Source: Eledone cirrhosa (Eukaryota). Taken from it: DNA of 64,000 nucleotides. The stretch spans positions 66,526,001-66,590,000 of the forward strand of contig OZ024745.1 of assembly GCA_964016885.1 (NCBI GenBank). The letters run 5' to 3'. Made by a program: the position numbers and the translations under genes. Shown here piece after piece: positions 15,486 to 29,320 of the stretch; the stretch's first letter is position 1, and each line of letters starts with the position of its first letter. Under the pieces are notes generated by a model. The model was not told the origin of the DNA. It made no database searches and saw only the letters and a list, made by a program, of their open reading frames with translations.

Positions 15486-17050
15486 ATATATTTTAGAAAG
15501 TAAGCAAAATCAGAGTCACGATATTATAAAAAATGTGACACACTTTTTCAGGACATAAATAACAATTACTAATCCATAACAGTGTTACAAGAGAAAATGA
15601 CCCTACGGAAGACAGTTTGATAGGGAGTGAAACCATCAATACTTGGAGCAATAGACACAGACAATTCAGTTATACGAGTGGGCGAGCATATTCCGTGATT
15701 TTATCTTTTTTTTAGTGTTATATTTCTTAAGTATTTTATTAGAGACAGACTAAATTAATCTATTTCAGCAAAAACACAGCAAGTTTAATAAACTGATAAA
15801 CATAATCCCATTTAATTTGGAGGTGACACATGTGTATAAGTGAATGAATGACAGGATAAGTATCTACTCCAACCAGCATGTAACATCACCCGTCGCTAGA
15901 GTCATAACAACTGAGTAGCTTTATCTAAACTGCATTAGATTAAGAGAGACATTAAATGGTATAAATATATATTCAAAAGAACTAACTCCCAAACCTCTGG
16001 GAAATATATGCGAAATGTGATGGAGTTTTGAAAGAAAACCACCCAGGCGTTATTATTAAAGAAATAAAATCCAAAATCCGAAGAAAATAGTGGAAGTATG
16101 TTATGTAGTATAGGCATTGCATTTCAATATTCATTGGGGATGTGGACACTGTCGTTTCGAGCAAAAATACTTTCATTCTCTGAGGGAAAATATGCTTCTT
16201 TGTAGAATAACATTCTTCGAATAGTTATGATTCTCATCTTCCTGCATCAATCTAATTCATCTGAATTTACTAAATTCCATTGTTACTGAAGATTGAGTTT
16301 AGAAAGAATAATTTGTTTCAATGTACGTTGAATTTAGACGTGTGGTCTGTTGCCTTTGGCATATACATTGTCATATCATTATTTTCGTGTCCAACTTGAA
16401 AGAATCATACAGCCTAGATGGTTGTCAGTTATATTATTTTGTGAAATTGCCCAATGAAACTGTTATTTTTGTTGTTTTATTTTGTTTTATTTTGTTTTAT
16501 TTTGTTTTATTTTGTTTTAGAGAGGAAGTAATCAAGAGTGAAAGTACGACGATATTTCTGAATATCTTATTTTTAAGGAGATATATTTATATCTTCTTCC
16601 GCCTGCCTGAACAAACAGACAGCTTTACGCGCAAGTCAATATTGATATATTGATTTGTGTAATTTTACTTTAGAATATTAAATCTATACATCTTAACAGT
16701 TGAACATTGCAGAAGGAGTGGATGAAATATATCCATAACTGAAGTGTCAGTAACCCTCTGTAAATATTAGATTACTTGTAGGAACCTTAAGATATTATAT
16801 ACCGTATAATGTATGTAAAATTGTAATAAAAAATACAAAAGTTGCATTAAGATAAATAAGTGTATTGAATCATCAATGGAACCACGAGGTTCTTGATTTG
16901 TTAAAACCAGAAGTTATCCCACACGTTTCACACCACACGTCTTTTCTGCTACGTTAAAGGTAGAGTTTTCACTTATCCTGAAGATCGGCACTTAAGAAGA
17001 ATCTATGATGACGTTACTCAATTTTAAGTTAGGTAAAATATTGAGCTTAA

Positions 17051-17200
17051 GCGGCGAATTCGCAGAGTTGTTAGAACGTTGTAGAGGCGTCTGTCTGCGC
17101 TCTGAATATTCAAATTCTGCCGAGGTCAATTTCGATTTTCATCCTGTCGAGGTTGATAAAAAATATTCCAGAGCTGGTGTTGATTCTTCCTCTATATCGA
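17051..17200 (+). mobile_element. SINE family A, diverged copy
   Basis: GCGGCGAATTCGCAGAGTTGTTAGA...TTCAAATTCTGCCGAGGTCAATTTCGATTTTCATCC. Confidence 0.75.
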
Positions 17201-19418
17201 CTTGACACGTCCCCTGTATCACTCAGCCGATTTCTTCTAAAGAATAAGAGAAGGGTAAAGTTCCGACCTAAAGAGAGAAGGGCTCTATCAGGTTTGACCC
17301 ATGTTATAGGTCCATACATACAAAATATTGATGAAGTTTCTTGAAATCAACTGTCACTTTCAATATTTACATTACGTTCTACGTCCTCAGACATGACTGA
17401 TTACCTATAGAATAAGGGCTCCAGATGACAATTGAGTACAGAACAAGTATTCTTGCTAATTATACCTGAGTTAACTGTATTACTACTTTCTATATATACA
17501 TTGGGATAGGGTAGTTAAGAATTAATGTAATAGTTTTCTAAGCTGGAAGATGTTCATGAATTGATATGAAATTGACATCGTATGATAAGTCATTAGAATT
17601 AAGATAAGATGTAACTGGGTTCCCAATATCACAGCCCGTGTTTTCTTTCTGCTTGTATAACTTTTGTAATCATTACAATATTTATGGTAACATATGTTTA
17701 GCTGTATTAGGTAAATCATGACAATGATATTGGGAAGTATGATTTTATAGAATATTAATCTTTTCAACAACAATAGATAATAAAACATATTTTGTTGTTC
17801 ATTTAGAAACTAATATTACCGTTTATTTGTGTTAAGAATATACCTTTGGATTATGCAAAACCAACATTCTAAAGAGGGAAATCTACATATTCATTAAAAA
17901 AACCTAAAGGCAGATTTCACGGTAATTAGCGATGATTTGCGTAAGCAAAAGTTCTACAGTAAATTTAATGAGTTTGAATAATATCGTAATCCGTGGGGAG
18001 CAGGCAAATCTATCGTTTCAGAATTGAGCATTTGTCTGAGAGAAAACAAATTAAAATATTTATTTTCTCTCACACCAAGTGGAAAAGCTTTTTCCTCCTA
18101 AATGAAGTCTCACATCTGAATCACCAGATACCTCTTCTTCCAACATCATATAGATTTATCAAAATCGTTTATTACTGCTGAAAGTGTTTTCTACTGATAA
18201 ATGGCTGCCAGAACTTAAGGCCTTATTCTCTCTATTATCATCATGAATATGCGAAATATACCACTAGAATCTATGCATCTTTTATTACTTTGTCGCTTAA
18301 ATATTGTATTATTGCATTGGACATTGCTGATAATTAAGCTGGATCTTAGCAGGATGTGAACACAAAAATGCATATAACAAAATTAGATGTTTTCATTCAA
18401 TAGAATAAAAAAAAAACTTCCTTTAGCATTTAATTATGGACAGCATTATTGCTGGATAATCAAGGATTTTCATTCCTTATGCTTAAAGCATTTAAAAGAT
18501 ACTGTACTTTTACAAATAAAAACAACTGATATTAACATTTATGCATCATAATGTTCATTAATAAATTTCCAGTTAAATGTTTACGAATAGTATTTTGATT
18601 CATTTAAATACCATTACCACTGCAACATTAATTACTGTGAAAGTGTAACAAGTTGAATAACGTAAACCGCTATCTGAAGGGGAACAAGATAGTCATGGCT
18701 TAAATGTTGTTGATCCTAGTGTTGTCTGGTCAAAATCTTTCAGTATAGACGCCCATGACTCTCCTGCAATGAAATATTGGCTGTGGAGATAGGCATCACA
18801 CTGAAAATAGCTCCAGTTTTTGAATGAAGCTTCTGGTTTGTCACAGATTTTACGTCAGTCTCTAAAGCTTTCTTTAAAGATTGAAACGTTTCGTGTCAAA
18901 GTAGAGGGGAAGAGGTAAAGATCAGTAAGATATTTTGAATTAAAAACGTGTTTGATCTATAGATCCACAATTGTTAGAATTTGCTATTATTGGCATATTT
19001 CAATTATGCCATTAACAGAAGTATCACTAGACCATAAAATAAAGCTGACCTATTGCTTTCTTGCATAATAACAAACTGTTATAAGAAAGCTCGAATGAGG
19101 TTTCTGTGTAGCAGGAAGTAACAATAGAAATAAATGGCTGTAATATTTAAACAAACAGATTCACAAGAGGCAATTAGCCATAATATAAAGAATGCAGAGG
19201 CACAATTAACTTTATAATACTCCCTTGATAATGTGATTCTTCTTGATATATTTGCATTAATGTGAATAAACAAGCAGTCATACGTATGTATTTGTGTTTC
19301 CAGAGTTCGAGTATTTGCGTCTTTATATAGCTGTGTGTGATCTGTCATTACGCATGTAGCTACACACACAATGCGCACATATACATAATACACACACGTA
19401 TGTGTGTGTACATGTATA

Positions 19419-19486
<68 letters not shown>

Positions 19487-19654
19487 CGTGAGGTAAATTG
19501 ATCATCGTACATCTTTTTAGTAAACAAATGTTTCACCACGCTGTGAAAAATGCATGCCTGGTCCCATAACTCCTCTCCAGGTCTGACTACAGCAGATTCT
19601 TCCAGAGAAGAAGAGAAAGTGAGAGAATGGGAGTGAAAAAGAAATATAGAGGAA

Positions 19655-19815
19655 GAATCGACCCGAGTACTAGACTGGTACTTTTTTCTATCGACATCGA
19701 ACGAGTGAAAGGCACAGTTGACTTCGGCGGCATTTGAACTCAGAGAGCAGCAAGCCGAAACTAATAGTGCAATGCATTCTATTTGACGTTTTAACGACTC
19801 TGCAAATTCGCTGCC
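19655..19815 (-). mobile_element. SINE family A, diverged copy
   Basis: Reverse complement of CTGAGTTCAAATGCCGCCGAAGTCAACTGTGCCTTTCA...AAGTACCAGT. Confidence 0.8.
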
Positions 19816-20329
19816 TGCTGTGAACATTAGAAACTGCTTAAGCCACGTGTTTTTTTCTTTTGCCAGACAAAGTCAACGTGTACAGCACATGTTTCTCTTC
19901 ATTAGGGAAAGGTCACTAATCCTTCAATTCAGAAACTCTCCAATCTCGAGAGACACTCTTGTTATATTTGTCTATCTAAACAACATATCACTTATTAAAC
20001 ACATTTGACACTACAAATTCTCTTTCGATAGACCTTAAAAATGTCATAACATTTAATTACCTACTTCTATTTTATACATAACATATTACAAAATCAATAA
20101 CGGTAATAACCTACTACCTTAAAACAGGTACAAAAGCAACAAAACTATTTCAGACAGACACTTCAAATTTCCACACCAACAAAATCACAACACGAGAAGT
20201 GTTAATATAAGCGTACATCGCGTCCTTCATCTATCACAGCTTCACCGTTGTGCCCTGTCCCCATTCGTGCCTCACCAAATTGGAACGCCTGCTCTTTAAC
20301 TTCTTGTGAAAGGGACAGGTTCCATTGGT

Positions 20330-21160
20330 TAGGCTGCTGCCAATATCCTGTACGTGGAGAGCTGGGTATGCACTGAGGCTACGACGCATATTCAGATATT
20401 TTTAAACGGTAAACATGTGTGGTCGCCGTTTGTGAGTCAGGCCTTTCTGCAGCACGTCTCTTTGACTGAGCTGCAGACTTGACTCAAGAAGAGACCGAGA
20501 CTGGGTGCCTTGGCATCTGGAATGTTGCAAGGCGTTCACTGCCCTCTACCAGACGGGCAATGTGGTCAGTAGAAATTCCACTCTTGGATTGTATAGAGGA
20601 TTATTTTGGGGCAAGCGTGACGACGCCCTAGGAGAAGCTCTGGGCACCGATGAAATCGAATTGACCAGTCTGTTCCAGCGGAATTTTGATTCGAGGACAA
20701 TGGTTATCTTCCAGAAATCCCTCGCTTGGCAGTACTACCGGGGACTCTGCCGGTTCGAGATAAACTCTACAGGTACGGAAGTGTGTCCTGTGTCCGTGTA
20801 TTACTGACTTGTGAAGTTATGTCGAACAGCTGTTATTGCATTATTGCGTATAAGATGGATCCAGCTATCGACCGAGTTCATAGTGAAGATCGACCCACCG
20901 TCTTCTTTTGGCTGGGAAGGGCAGGCAGTTTTCCTGTCTGATGGCCGTAGCTAAAGAGGTTGTGTGGTGGACCATGTTGAAAAGACTGAAGGCAGACACT
21001 TTTCTCTTCAGCCAGTCCCTCATCAACTTTTTCAAGTTTCACTTGGAAAGGAAGGGAGGGGGGATAGGGAAACGTTGTCCTTTAGTACATTTAGCAATAA
21101 GGCGAATGTGGCGAGAACGGCCCGTGTGAATGGGCCTACTATGACTGTGTGCTTGTAGAA
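20330..21160 (+). mobile_element. Degenerate Tx1/L1-like LINE ORF2 C-terminus (zf-RVT-like region)
   Basis: GC-richer block; frameshifted peptides FQKSLAWQYYRG/TLPVRDKLYRYGS..C and MAVAKEVVWW...LINFFKFHLERK, followed by a T-rich 3' region. Confidence 0.7.
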
Positions 21161-21460
21161 TGGCTGATTTGTAAAGGAGATGGGTTACGTCCTTGGATTC
21201 TCTCGAAACAGGGGTGGTTCAGGATTGGTGGGGTACCTGAATCATCCCTGGGTGGTTCTTCCTCAAGTGGGGAATTTTAATTGTTGAATTCTTTCCTTTG
21301 TTGTTGTTGTTTTTATGTATCTAGTTTTACTCGATTTTTTGTAAACTCCCACTGTCCCTTTATTGTTATTTCTCATAACAACTTTGGTTTCGTACTATTT
21401 TTAGGAAGATTTATATGTAATTTATATATATAATTCATATGTTCTACATGGTTTAATGTG

Positions 21461-22830
21461 CAGGTGATTGGCAGAGTTGTTAGAGCATCGGACAAACGTG
21501 TAGCATTATTTGGTCCGGCTCTTTTCATTCTCGGTTAAAATTCCACCGAGATCAACATTCATCTTTCAAGATCGATAAAACGAAGTAACATTACGTAACT
21601 GAATCGACATATATAATATTTAACGCCCCTCACCCACACAAATTGCTCTTAATTAGAAATAATAATCACTATAAAGGAAGAAGATGGAGTAATTGTTAGA
21701 ATGCTGGATGGATTACAATGTGGCATTAAGTTATCGGTCTTTATGTTGTGTAGTCGATGTTGCTTATATATTTCCGAGGGGTGGATAACATATATTTCCA
21801 GTTAAAAACCGGCTACATTTCTCGACTTGGGTTTATATGCTATCATTATTGCCTTTCATCCGTACGGGGCTCGATAAAATAAAGCACCAGTAATGCACTG
21901 CAATAATTGTTGGCCTTGTGCCAAAAGAAGAAACAATTATTACAAGAGAGGTTGATGGGATGGATTGGCAGTATCGGTAGAGCGTCGAACAACATGCTTT
22001 GTGGCATAGAGGTACGGCCTTTTACTTTTTGTTTTCAAATCTCACCGAGGTTAGTTTTGCCTTTCATCCTTATGGGGTAATAAAATAAGGTACCCGTAAC
22101 GCATTTGGGTCGATTTAATCGAAATCATTATTACAAGGTCGGACGCCATGCTTTGCAGCACAGTTACGTCCCTTTACGGACTGAGTTCAAATCCCGCCGA
22201 GGTTAACTTTGCCTTTCATCCTTACGGGGTCGATAAAATAAAGTACCAGTTATACTCTGGGATAATTGCTGGCCTTGTGCCTAAAGTAGAAACAATTATT
22301 ACAAGGGAAGTGAGGGTGATCGAATTTTAGAATCGTTAGACCATCGGCCAAAAGGATTGCAGTATTTAGTTACTTTCTTTTTATATCTGAGTTGAAATCA
22401 AACGTCTACCTTGCCTTTCATCCTTCTGGGGTCGATGAAATAAAATACCAGTTAAGTACTATGTTCGATATAATCGATTTTCATTTCCCCCCAAAATTTG
22501 ATGGTTTTGGGCTAGAAATAGTACAAGGGAGATAGACGAAGGTGGATTGGTAGACGAATTAGAGAGTAAGATAAATGTATTGTGGTGTTTGTTATAGCTC
22601 TTTATGTTTTGAATACAAAAACTGCCGAGGTCAACTTTGTCTTTCATTCTTCCGAGGTCGATGAAATAAAGTTAAGTTCTGGGGGTTGATATAACTGGCT
22701 TTCCCCTTCCCACAAACTGCTGACCATGTGCCTATTTTAGAAATAATTACTATATGCCTCGGGGTATTCTCTTCTCTCCCTTGATGTTTTTATTCGGAAT
22801 CACTTTATTGTACACTTTGCCTTTCATCCC
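21461..22830 (+). mobile_element. Head-to-tail cluster of about 7-8 SINE family A copies and fragments
   Basis: Recurrent TTGCCTTTCATCC...GTCGATAAAAT cores at ~21550, 21850, 22060, 22210, 22410, 22640 and 22820, all on the + strand. Confidence 0.88.
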
Positions 22831-24126
22831 AGGATCGTAAAATATGAGTATATGGTATTTCTTTATTATTGAAATGCGATACAGAATCCATTTCTTGTCA
22901 CCATATTTCTACACAGTTGCTCTTTAAATTTTATTTACAGGTTATTTATAGTTTATTAATATTCCAAATCTTTTGTGTGTTACTCTATACATCTGAAACC
23001 TGTTGTAGCTCCATTAAGCTCTTAAAACCAAGGATTTTACGATATTTCTGTTGAAAGCACATGCCTCGAAATTCATTGTTGTATTAACAGCAAATCTTTC
23101 TTCATACACTTTTAGTGTGTTAAAAAAGAAGAGATTTGTAGAATTGGAATTAGCAGAAATACAATATTTCCAGAAGTACATGAGATTGCCAAAAACTTTG
23201 TTATAAGGATCACCAAACATCAAAATTTACCTCAATAAAGCAGGTAGACTGACTAGGACAACATGGAAGTAGACAGCTGAAATGATGAGGGCTAAAGGAA
23301 GGACAAAAAGTTTCAGGATCAAACTGGACGGAAGGACAAGAATGAGAAAGAGAAAGATCTACCATACTGGCACTAGAGCTAACTCTATTCTGCAATATTC
23401 CTGGGCACGTTTGTGTCACTACTGTTGGTTTACAGACTCATAAAAGAGCGAAGCAACTTTGAGTTTCTTCATTGTTTAATTACAATTATAAAAGAATATT
23501 ACACCAAGCCATACTCGATTACGATTGACTGCAGAGAGAGAGAAAGGGGACGGAGAGAGAAGTAGAGGGAGGGAGAAAGAGAGAGATACGAATGATTATA
23601 ATAGCAGTGATTTTTCCAGACAAATTCTAATTTTAATATAATAGTTTCAATATAATTCTAGCTTGTTCATTGTTTTATACATGAGATGTGTATTAATGAA
23701 TCAAGAAAATTTGCATATTGAAACAAACTGATTTTCTAGAGCAGAACGTCTTATTCCTCTTAAATAAGATAACCATGTGGGAGACTTTAATTCAAGTCAA
23801 CTAGTTAATTAACAAAACAGTAACAAAATCCCATTAATGACAAACTAACTAAGAATATAATTTTTTTTTTAATGTATGATTCGAATATTTGAATTTTGTA
23901 ATAGTTAAAGTTTCTAATAAAATTGCCCCGGGTGATTTGTTATTGATTCTTCAGTTTATTCAGTTTATTCGCTTCTGATCTCAAAGATTTAGCCATTTGT
24001 TAAAGGAAGGTTAGTATTCTTTTATATCAGTGTCTGTGACACTGATTTGGTGTCAGGGGTTGAAACTTAACTACTAGAATGTTATTCCCCGCTTAAACGA
24101 AGAGCATTGAAATATTCACCCAAAAC

Positions 24127-24369
24127 CGCTTATATATATATATATATATGAAATATATGAAATATAAGGGTCCATATTTAGGGTCCATATTGGGACACAT
24201 AAGGGTCCAGAATTTAGGGTCCATATTGGGACACATTTTAATGGCTAACGCTTATATATATATATATATATGAAATATATGAAATATAAGGGTCCATATT
24301 TAGGGTCCATATTGGGACACATAAGGGTCCAGAATTTAGGGTCCATATTGGGACACATTTTAATGGCTA
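24127..24369. repeat. 122-bp tandem duplication with internal TTTAGGGTCCATATTGGGACACAT subrepeats
   Basis: Units start at 24127 and 24249 and are essentially identical. Confidence 0.92.
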
Positions 24370-25044
24370 GATATAGAAACCCCAGAGTTACCTCCCCGCA
24401 TGCATTAACTCCCCTTAGCCACACACACACTTCCGGTATTCAATGGCGTCTCTCGAAACGTAACAACCTCCTGTATCGAACTAAGGAACACCAGACTACG
24501 ATCTCTAACTGGATTGTCGTGGATTATGTGAAAGGCATATAATCGAAATATACACTCCCTTGACCATGAAAATGCCGAAGTACATGAATTACGTGACATC
24601 CCTGCGTTGTGCATCTCCAATACTTATAACACTTTTAATGCTTGCACTATCTTTAATGTTTATAATATTTCTCCACACACAGACTACATCAATCATATAA
24701 AAACTTTGCCACCAGATCTACCAACCTAACACTCTTATTTACCTACCTAAGTGCCTCTACCACACATATCTCTCTGCCACACTATATAAACAAGACGCAC
24801 ATGCGTGCCACACATATAACATTTGCACTATATAACCACTTATCTTCATGTTGTACTTTAACCTATATCTTTGATTTTTGATTGTACCTATTAATATAAA
24901 TGTAATCTCGAAGTGTGTACTGCCACTCTAAATTTTGTAATGAATGTTGACCCACAATGTTTGAATATGTATCAATGTTTGAATATGTATTGGTATGTCT
25001 CTCGGCTGAAAAGGAGGTCATATAACTGTCCATGCATTAATAAA

Positions 25045-25092
25045 TTGCTCCGAAGAATCCAAACCTCGGTTTGGAGGAAACAGCTGTAAGCA
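25045..25092 (+). ncRNA. Type I hammerhead ribozyme motif (U4C core variant)
   Basis: stem I TGCT/AGCA; CCGAAGA; stem II TCCAAACC/GGTTTGGA; GAAA; palindromic stem III CAGCTG; GTA cleavage triplet. Confidence 0.75.
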
Positions 25093-25569
25093 CAATAATG
25101 TTTTGAACAGTTCTTTGATTCTTATATTTCATATAACTGCTCTGTAAATCATCTGATGTTTTTACATTGAGCTACTTAACTTACTGGTAATAAGGTAGTA
25201 ATACATTACTGCCTACCACTATTTAGGGTGTGTGTAAAATACTTACAACTGCTTAAGGTTTTGTGTTTACATAACCATAAATAGTATAACTAATACTATA
25301 TATATATATATATATTATATATAGGAAAAGAGTCAGGACTCCGACGGCAGAATTCAAGCCGTTTCGACGGCTATTTCTTGAGCTCTGCCATCGGGGTGCT
25401 GCCTCTTTTCCTATTACCCACTCTACTACCCAAAGTATCGAGTACTCTGGTGCGTTATGGTACACCTGCTTCCTTACCACACTTCCTTCGTTATATAAAT
25501 AAATATATATATATATAGATATATATATATATAAAGAAGAAATTAAAAGATGGTTAAAAAAGTTCCATA

Positions 25570-25639
25570 TATTTTATTATGCGCATTTCGAAAACAACAT
25601 CATCCTGGGACAAAAATTGTGTTCTCATCAGATAAAATA
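25570..25639 (-). ncRNA. Type I hammerhead ribozyme in the 3' pseudo-LTR of PLE-1
   Basis: Minus strand TATTTTAT-CTGATGA-GAAC...TTTC-GAAA-TGCGCA-TA-ATAAAATA: canonical core, 8-bp stem I, palindromic stem III. Confidence 0.88.
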
Positions 25640-25974
25640 AGGTAACATGATATGAGGCCTAAAAACACTGTGAAGAAGAAAGTGTTCAGTCAACATATGA
25701 CAAAAATATAAGAGAAGAGAAAAAATAGGAAAAATGAAGAAAAGGAAAGAAGAAGGAAAAAGAAATAGAAGAGGAAAAAAAGAAAGAAGGACGATAGAGA
25801 AAGAGAAAGAGAGATACTTTTGATCGGGAACGCTGTCAAAAATGAAAAACAGCTGTGAATAACGGCTAAAAAAAAAATAAATAAATAAACAAATTGATGA
25901 GGTGAATGTGCTAATATTACAAATATTAGATGTCTAGAATATATAAACTGGGTATATTATTTAATATTGAGTTT

Positions 25975-26092
25975 ACGATCTGAGTTCAAATCCCGCCGAG
26001 GTTGACTTTGCCTTTCATCCTTACGGGGTCGATAAAATAAAGTACCAGTAATGCACTGGGTAATTGCTGGCCTTGTGCCTAAAGTAGAAACA
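25975..26092 (+). mobile_element. 5'-truncated young SINE A with 19-bp TSD, inserted into the PLE-1 3' region
   Basis: ATTATTTAATATTGAGTTT duplicated at 25956-25974 and 26093-26111. Confidence 0.9.
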
Positions 26093-26464
26093 ATTATTTA
26101 ATATTGAGTTTGAATACTAAAAATTGGATTAAGAAGTGAAATAAAATTATTTTATTTTAAATAAAATAAAATAATATAAAATAAAATAAAATAGTCTATC
26201 TATGTCAAAATTATTTCATTTCATTTTATTTTATTTTATTTTATTTTATTTTATTTAAGGTTTGAACGAAAATCTTTTTTTTATTAAGGTTTGAACGAAA
26301 AAATTAACATCAATAGAGAAAGAAGGTGAAAGGCTTATAATGCAGAGAAATACGTGAGTAATAATGCATATAATGAAATATGTGAGAAAAAATGTGTGAA
26401 AAGTTATGTGTAAAAATATATGTGTAAAAAATTAACCGTTATTCGTAGAATAAGTTATAGGACA

Positions 26465-28181
26465 TTAGCTGTATACTTTGTGAAAGGTCTTAAAAGATTT
26501 ATGAATACAGAGACCAAATAAGTCCGTGCGTCTATTTATTAAAAAGTTGAAATTCGAGATAATGGTAAATTTTTCAGCTAGACATAAATTACAAACACTA
26601 GATATGGAAGCGTTGGAGTAAGGTAAAGCGTTGCAAATTTTACGCCCTGAAATTTCATAATTAATGTTTTTGTCTTTTAAAGACCAAAGAGGTTCTGAGA
26701 GTGCAGTGCTGGTCATTTTAAGTGGATATTTAAATGTAGAAGAATGTTTATAGAGTCTTGCTTTAAAAGAAGTAGAAGTAGAGCCAATGTAGGTATAGGT
26801 ATTGGTACTAATTACCACTTTACATTCGTATATTAGGTTTTTATCGAGACAGAAATTACTAAGAGGACAATTAGTTCTAATTTACGATTAAGATTATTAA
26901 CAGAGTTATTTACCAGTGGCCAAGGATTATTTATAATAGGAACTGGAGTGGTGGAATTAGCTAAAGGAGGTGTTAAAGTTTCCTGATTTACATTACTATT
27001 AGAAGCATTCCTCAAAGATATGGTTGACGTCGTATTTATATTTATGTTATTTTGCCTAGAGTTTACATTGACGTCGAGTCTTAGAGTGTTATTATTATGA
27101 CTCTCCTCGTTGGATGCATATGAGTTATTATTTAATATTTTAGAATTATGTCTTGAGATAATTTTGAAAAGTTGGAAGTAGTAAATATTTAATATGCTTA
27201 TTAAACATCTTGCTATAAATATGTGAAGCCCTAAAAATAATTTAGGGATATTACTAATAAGTGAAAGAGAGAAGGGAGCGTTGTACCAAAGGATATTTTT
27301 ATATCTAGGTCTCCTCTTTATGTTACTGATATGCTTATAACTAGCTACATTACTATACGTTCTGCCAAGATTAGTTTCCTTAGTGTATTTAATTTTGTCT
27401 TGATATCCAGCCCTAGATAACGCATTATTATAATAGTTGGCATTAGCATCGAAGATATGTTTATTAGAGGATAAATTAGAAATTCTTTTTTCAACACTTC
27501 TAGCTATAGCAGTTTTAACATTATTAGGGTGGTTTGATTTAAAGTTAACATAATTTAGGTTCTCATTATCCTTATGGTATGGGTAATATAGGCCAGTATC
27601 TAGATTAAGGGATATATCGAGGAAATTTGCTAATTTATCATTATTCTCAAATTCTATTTTTAGGTTAAGATGCTTAAATAGTTCAAGTATATTAAGGTTT
27701 ACTTTGTTACAATTTAAGACAGTAAAAAGAGCATCATCACGATATATTCCACCGCGAAGTTGAGGAATTTTCCGATTTAAAGAGTTCAAGATGAAAATTC
27801 CAACCAAGTCTGTCAATTGCGCTGAATCCGACGAACCCATGGTGATGTCAAAAATGTTGGAAGTATCAGCTCTTGTCCAATATTCATTGTTAAATTCCAG
27901 GATGGTTTTCCTTGCGGTGAGAATGATGTTCAATTCATCAGTAGTGATGTCCGAGTATTTAGACGCATATGAGAGAGCCTTGTTAAGGAGTGAAGGAGAA
28001 ATAGAAGAGTAATAGCTAGCAATGTCTAACTGAATAAATTTTAGTTTGTTTTTATTATTCAGGTCATTGAACCATTCTATCACATCAAAAGTACCCGACC
28101 ATAAATTTAATTGAGAATTAGAGCAAACCTGTGGGATAATTCTATCCAAGATGGATTTACTAACAATCCCCAGGTCGGATT
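26465..28181 (-). mobile_element. PLE-1: 5'-truncated Penelope-like retroelement, RT plus C-terminal GIY-YIG (probably Nematis-like clade), frameshifted
   Basis: RT motifs FIQLDIASYYSSI, FDITMGSSDSAQLTDLVG, GGIYRDD, FLDISLNL, SNHP (ORF 26833..28149); endonuclease YIGST..FKARLYKH..TALS..W.LK..CNLCLAEK..INRR..C.H (ORF 26465..26818); HHR-bearing pLTR downstream; clade call is from motif recall. Confidence 0.93.
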
Positions 28182-28327
28182 TATATATACTCCAGTTCTA
28201 CCAACTGTTGAGTGCTACTTTACTGATATATGCATAGTTTTATTGTTCTACGATATTACTATATATTACTATATATTAAATGAACTATACATATCTATAG
28301 ATACAAATATAGATATATACATACATA

Positions 28328-28918
28328 CAGGGTGTCCCATTTATACTGAGTTTGGTTCAATGAAATAGTTAATAACGTTAACAGATTCAGAGCCTAATAA
28401 TATCAAATACGGAGAAAGCAAACATGTTAAAACAAAAATCCTTACCTACCCACTTTAATGTCCCTATTGCAGTTTCATTAGGAAAATAACGGTACTCTGA
28501 ATGGAATATTGTGAGAAATCCTAAATCATCAGGAGACTTTCTCCGTCCAGAAATAAAATTCAAGAGAAGAATTCGAATGAAAGAGCTATCACGTGACAAG
28601 TGACCAGCAGGAGGGCAACATAGTGGACTATAGTAGGCAACGTGCTACTAGAAAGTAGTCCGATTCCACCAAATGTTTACTCTATCATAAGGGAGTGTAT
28701 TATATATGAAATGAAGGAGTATACATATCTCTACACGCGTATAGATACAAGTATAGATATATACAAGGTGTTCAACGTATACTGAGTTTAGGTCGATCAC
28801 ATAGTTAATAAAATTAACGGATTCAGAGCCTAATAATATCAAATATGGAAAAAGCAAACATGTTAAGAAAAAAATCTTTACCAACTCACTTTAATGCTGC
28901 AGCTTCATTAGCGAAATA
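28328..28918 (+). mobile_element. Two direct-orientation copies of a Tc1/mariner-like terminus (MITE remnant)
   Basis: TA-CAGGGTGT start at 28328 and TA-CAAGGTGT at ~28764; about 150 bp homologous (GATTCAGAGCCTAATAATATCAAATA...). Confidence 0.6.
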
Positions 28919-29033
28919 TTTATATATATATAAATATATATATATACACACATATATATATGAATATATATACACACACACATATATATATATGTATATA
29001 TATACACACACACACATATATATATGTATATGC

Positions 29034-29070
<37 letters not shown>

Positions 29071-29085
29071 TATATGCATATATAT

Positions 29086-29148
<63 letters not shown>

Positions 29149-29320
29149 TATATATATATATATATTGTTATACTTTGGGAGGGTCATGTTGCCAATAAGA
29201 AACACACGCACCAGTTGCTTTCACTTCAATTTAATTTAATATATATTTATAAATTTACAAATTTATAAATTTCTGGTTGGTTGGTTGGTTCCACAACCAG
29301 ATAGTTGTTTATATATATAT

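Noticed and set aside
24165-24360. TTTAGGG repeats as a telomere or CRISPR-like array
   Set aside because: The units are interspersed with fixed sequence, with no tandem telomeric run and no unique spacers; the context is eukaryotic
28845-29268. Many ORFs rich in YI/HT/CV repeats (also at 3.1, 19.4, 30.1, 36.1, 39.9, 46.7-47.4, 49.8, 55.3 and 61.2 kb)
   Set aside because: They are translations of (TA)n/(CA)n/(GA)n microsatellites, not genes
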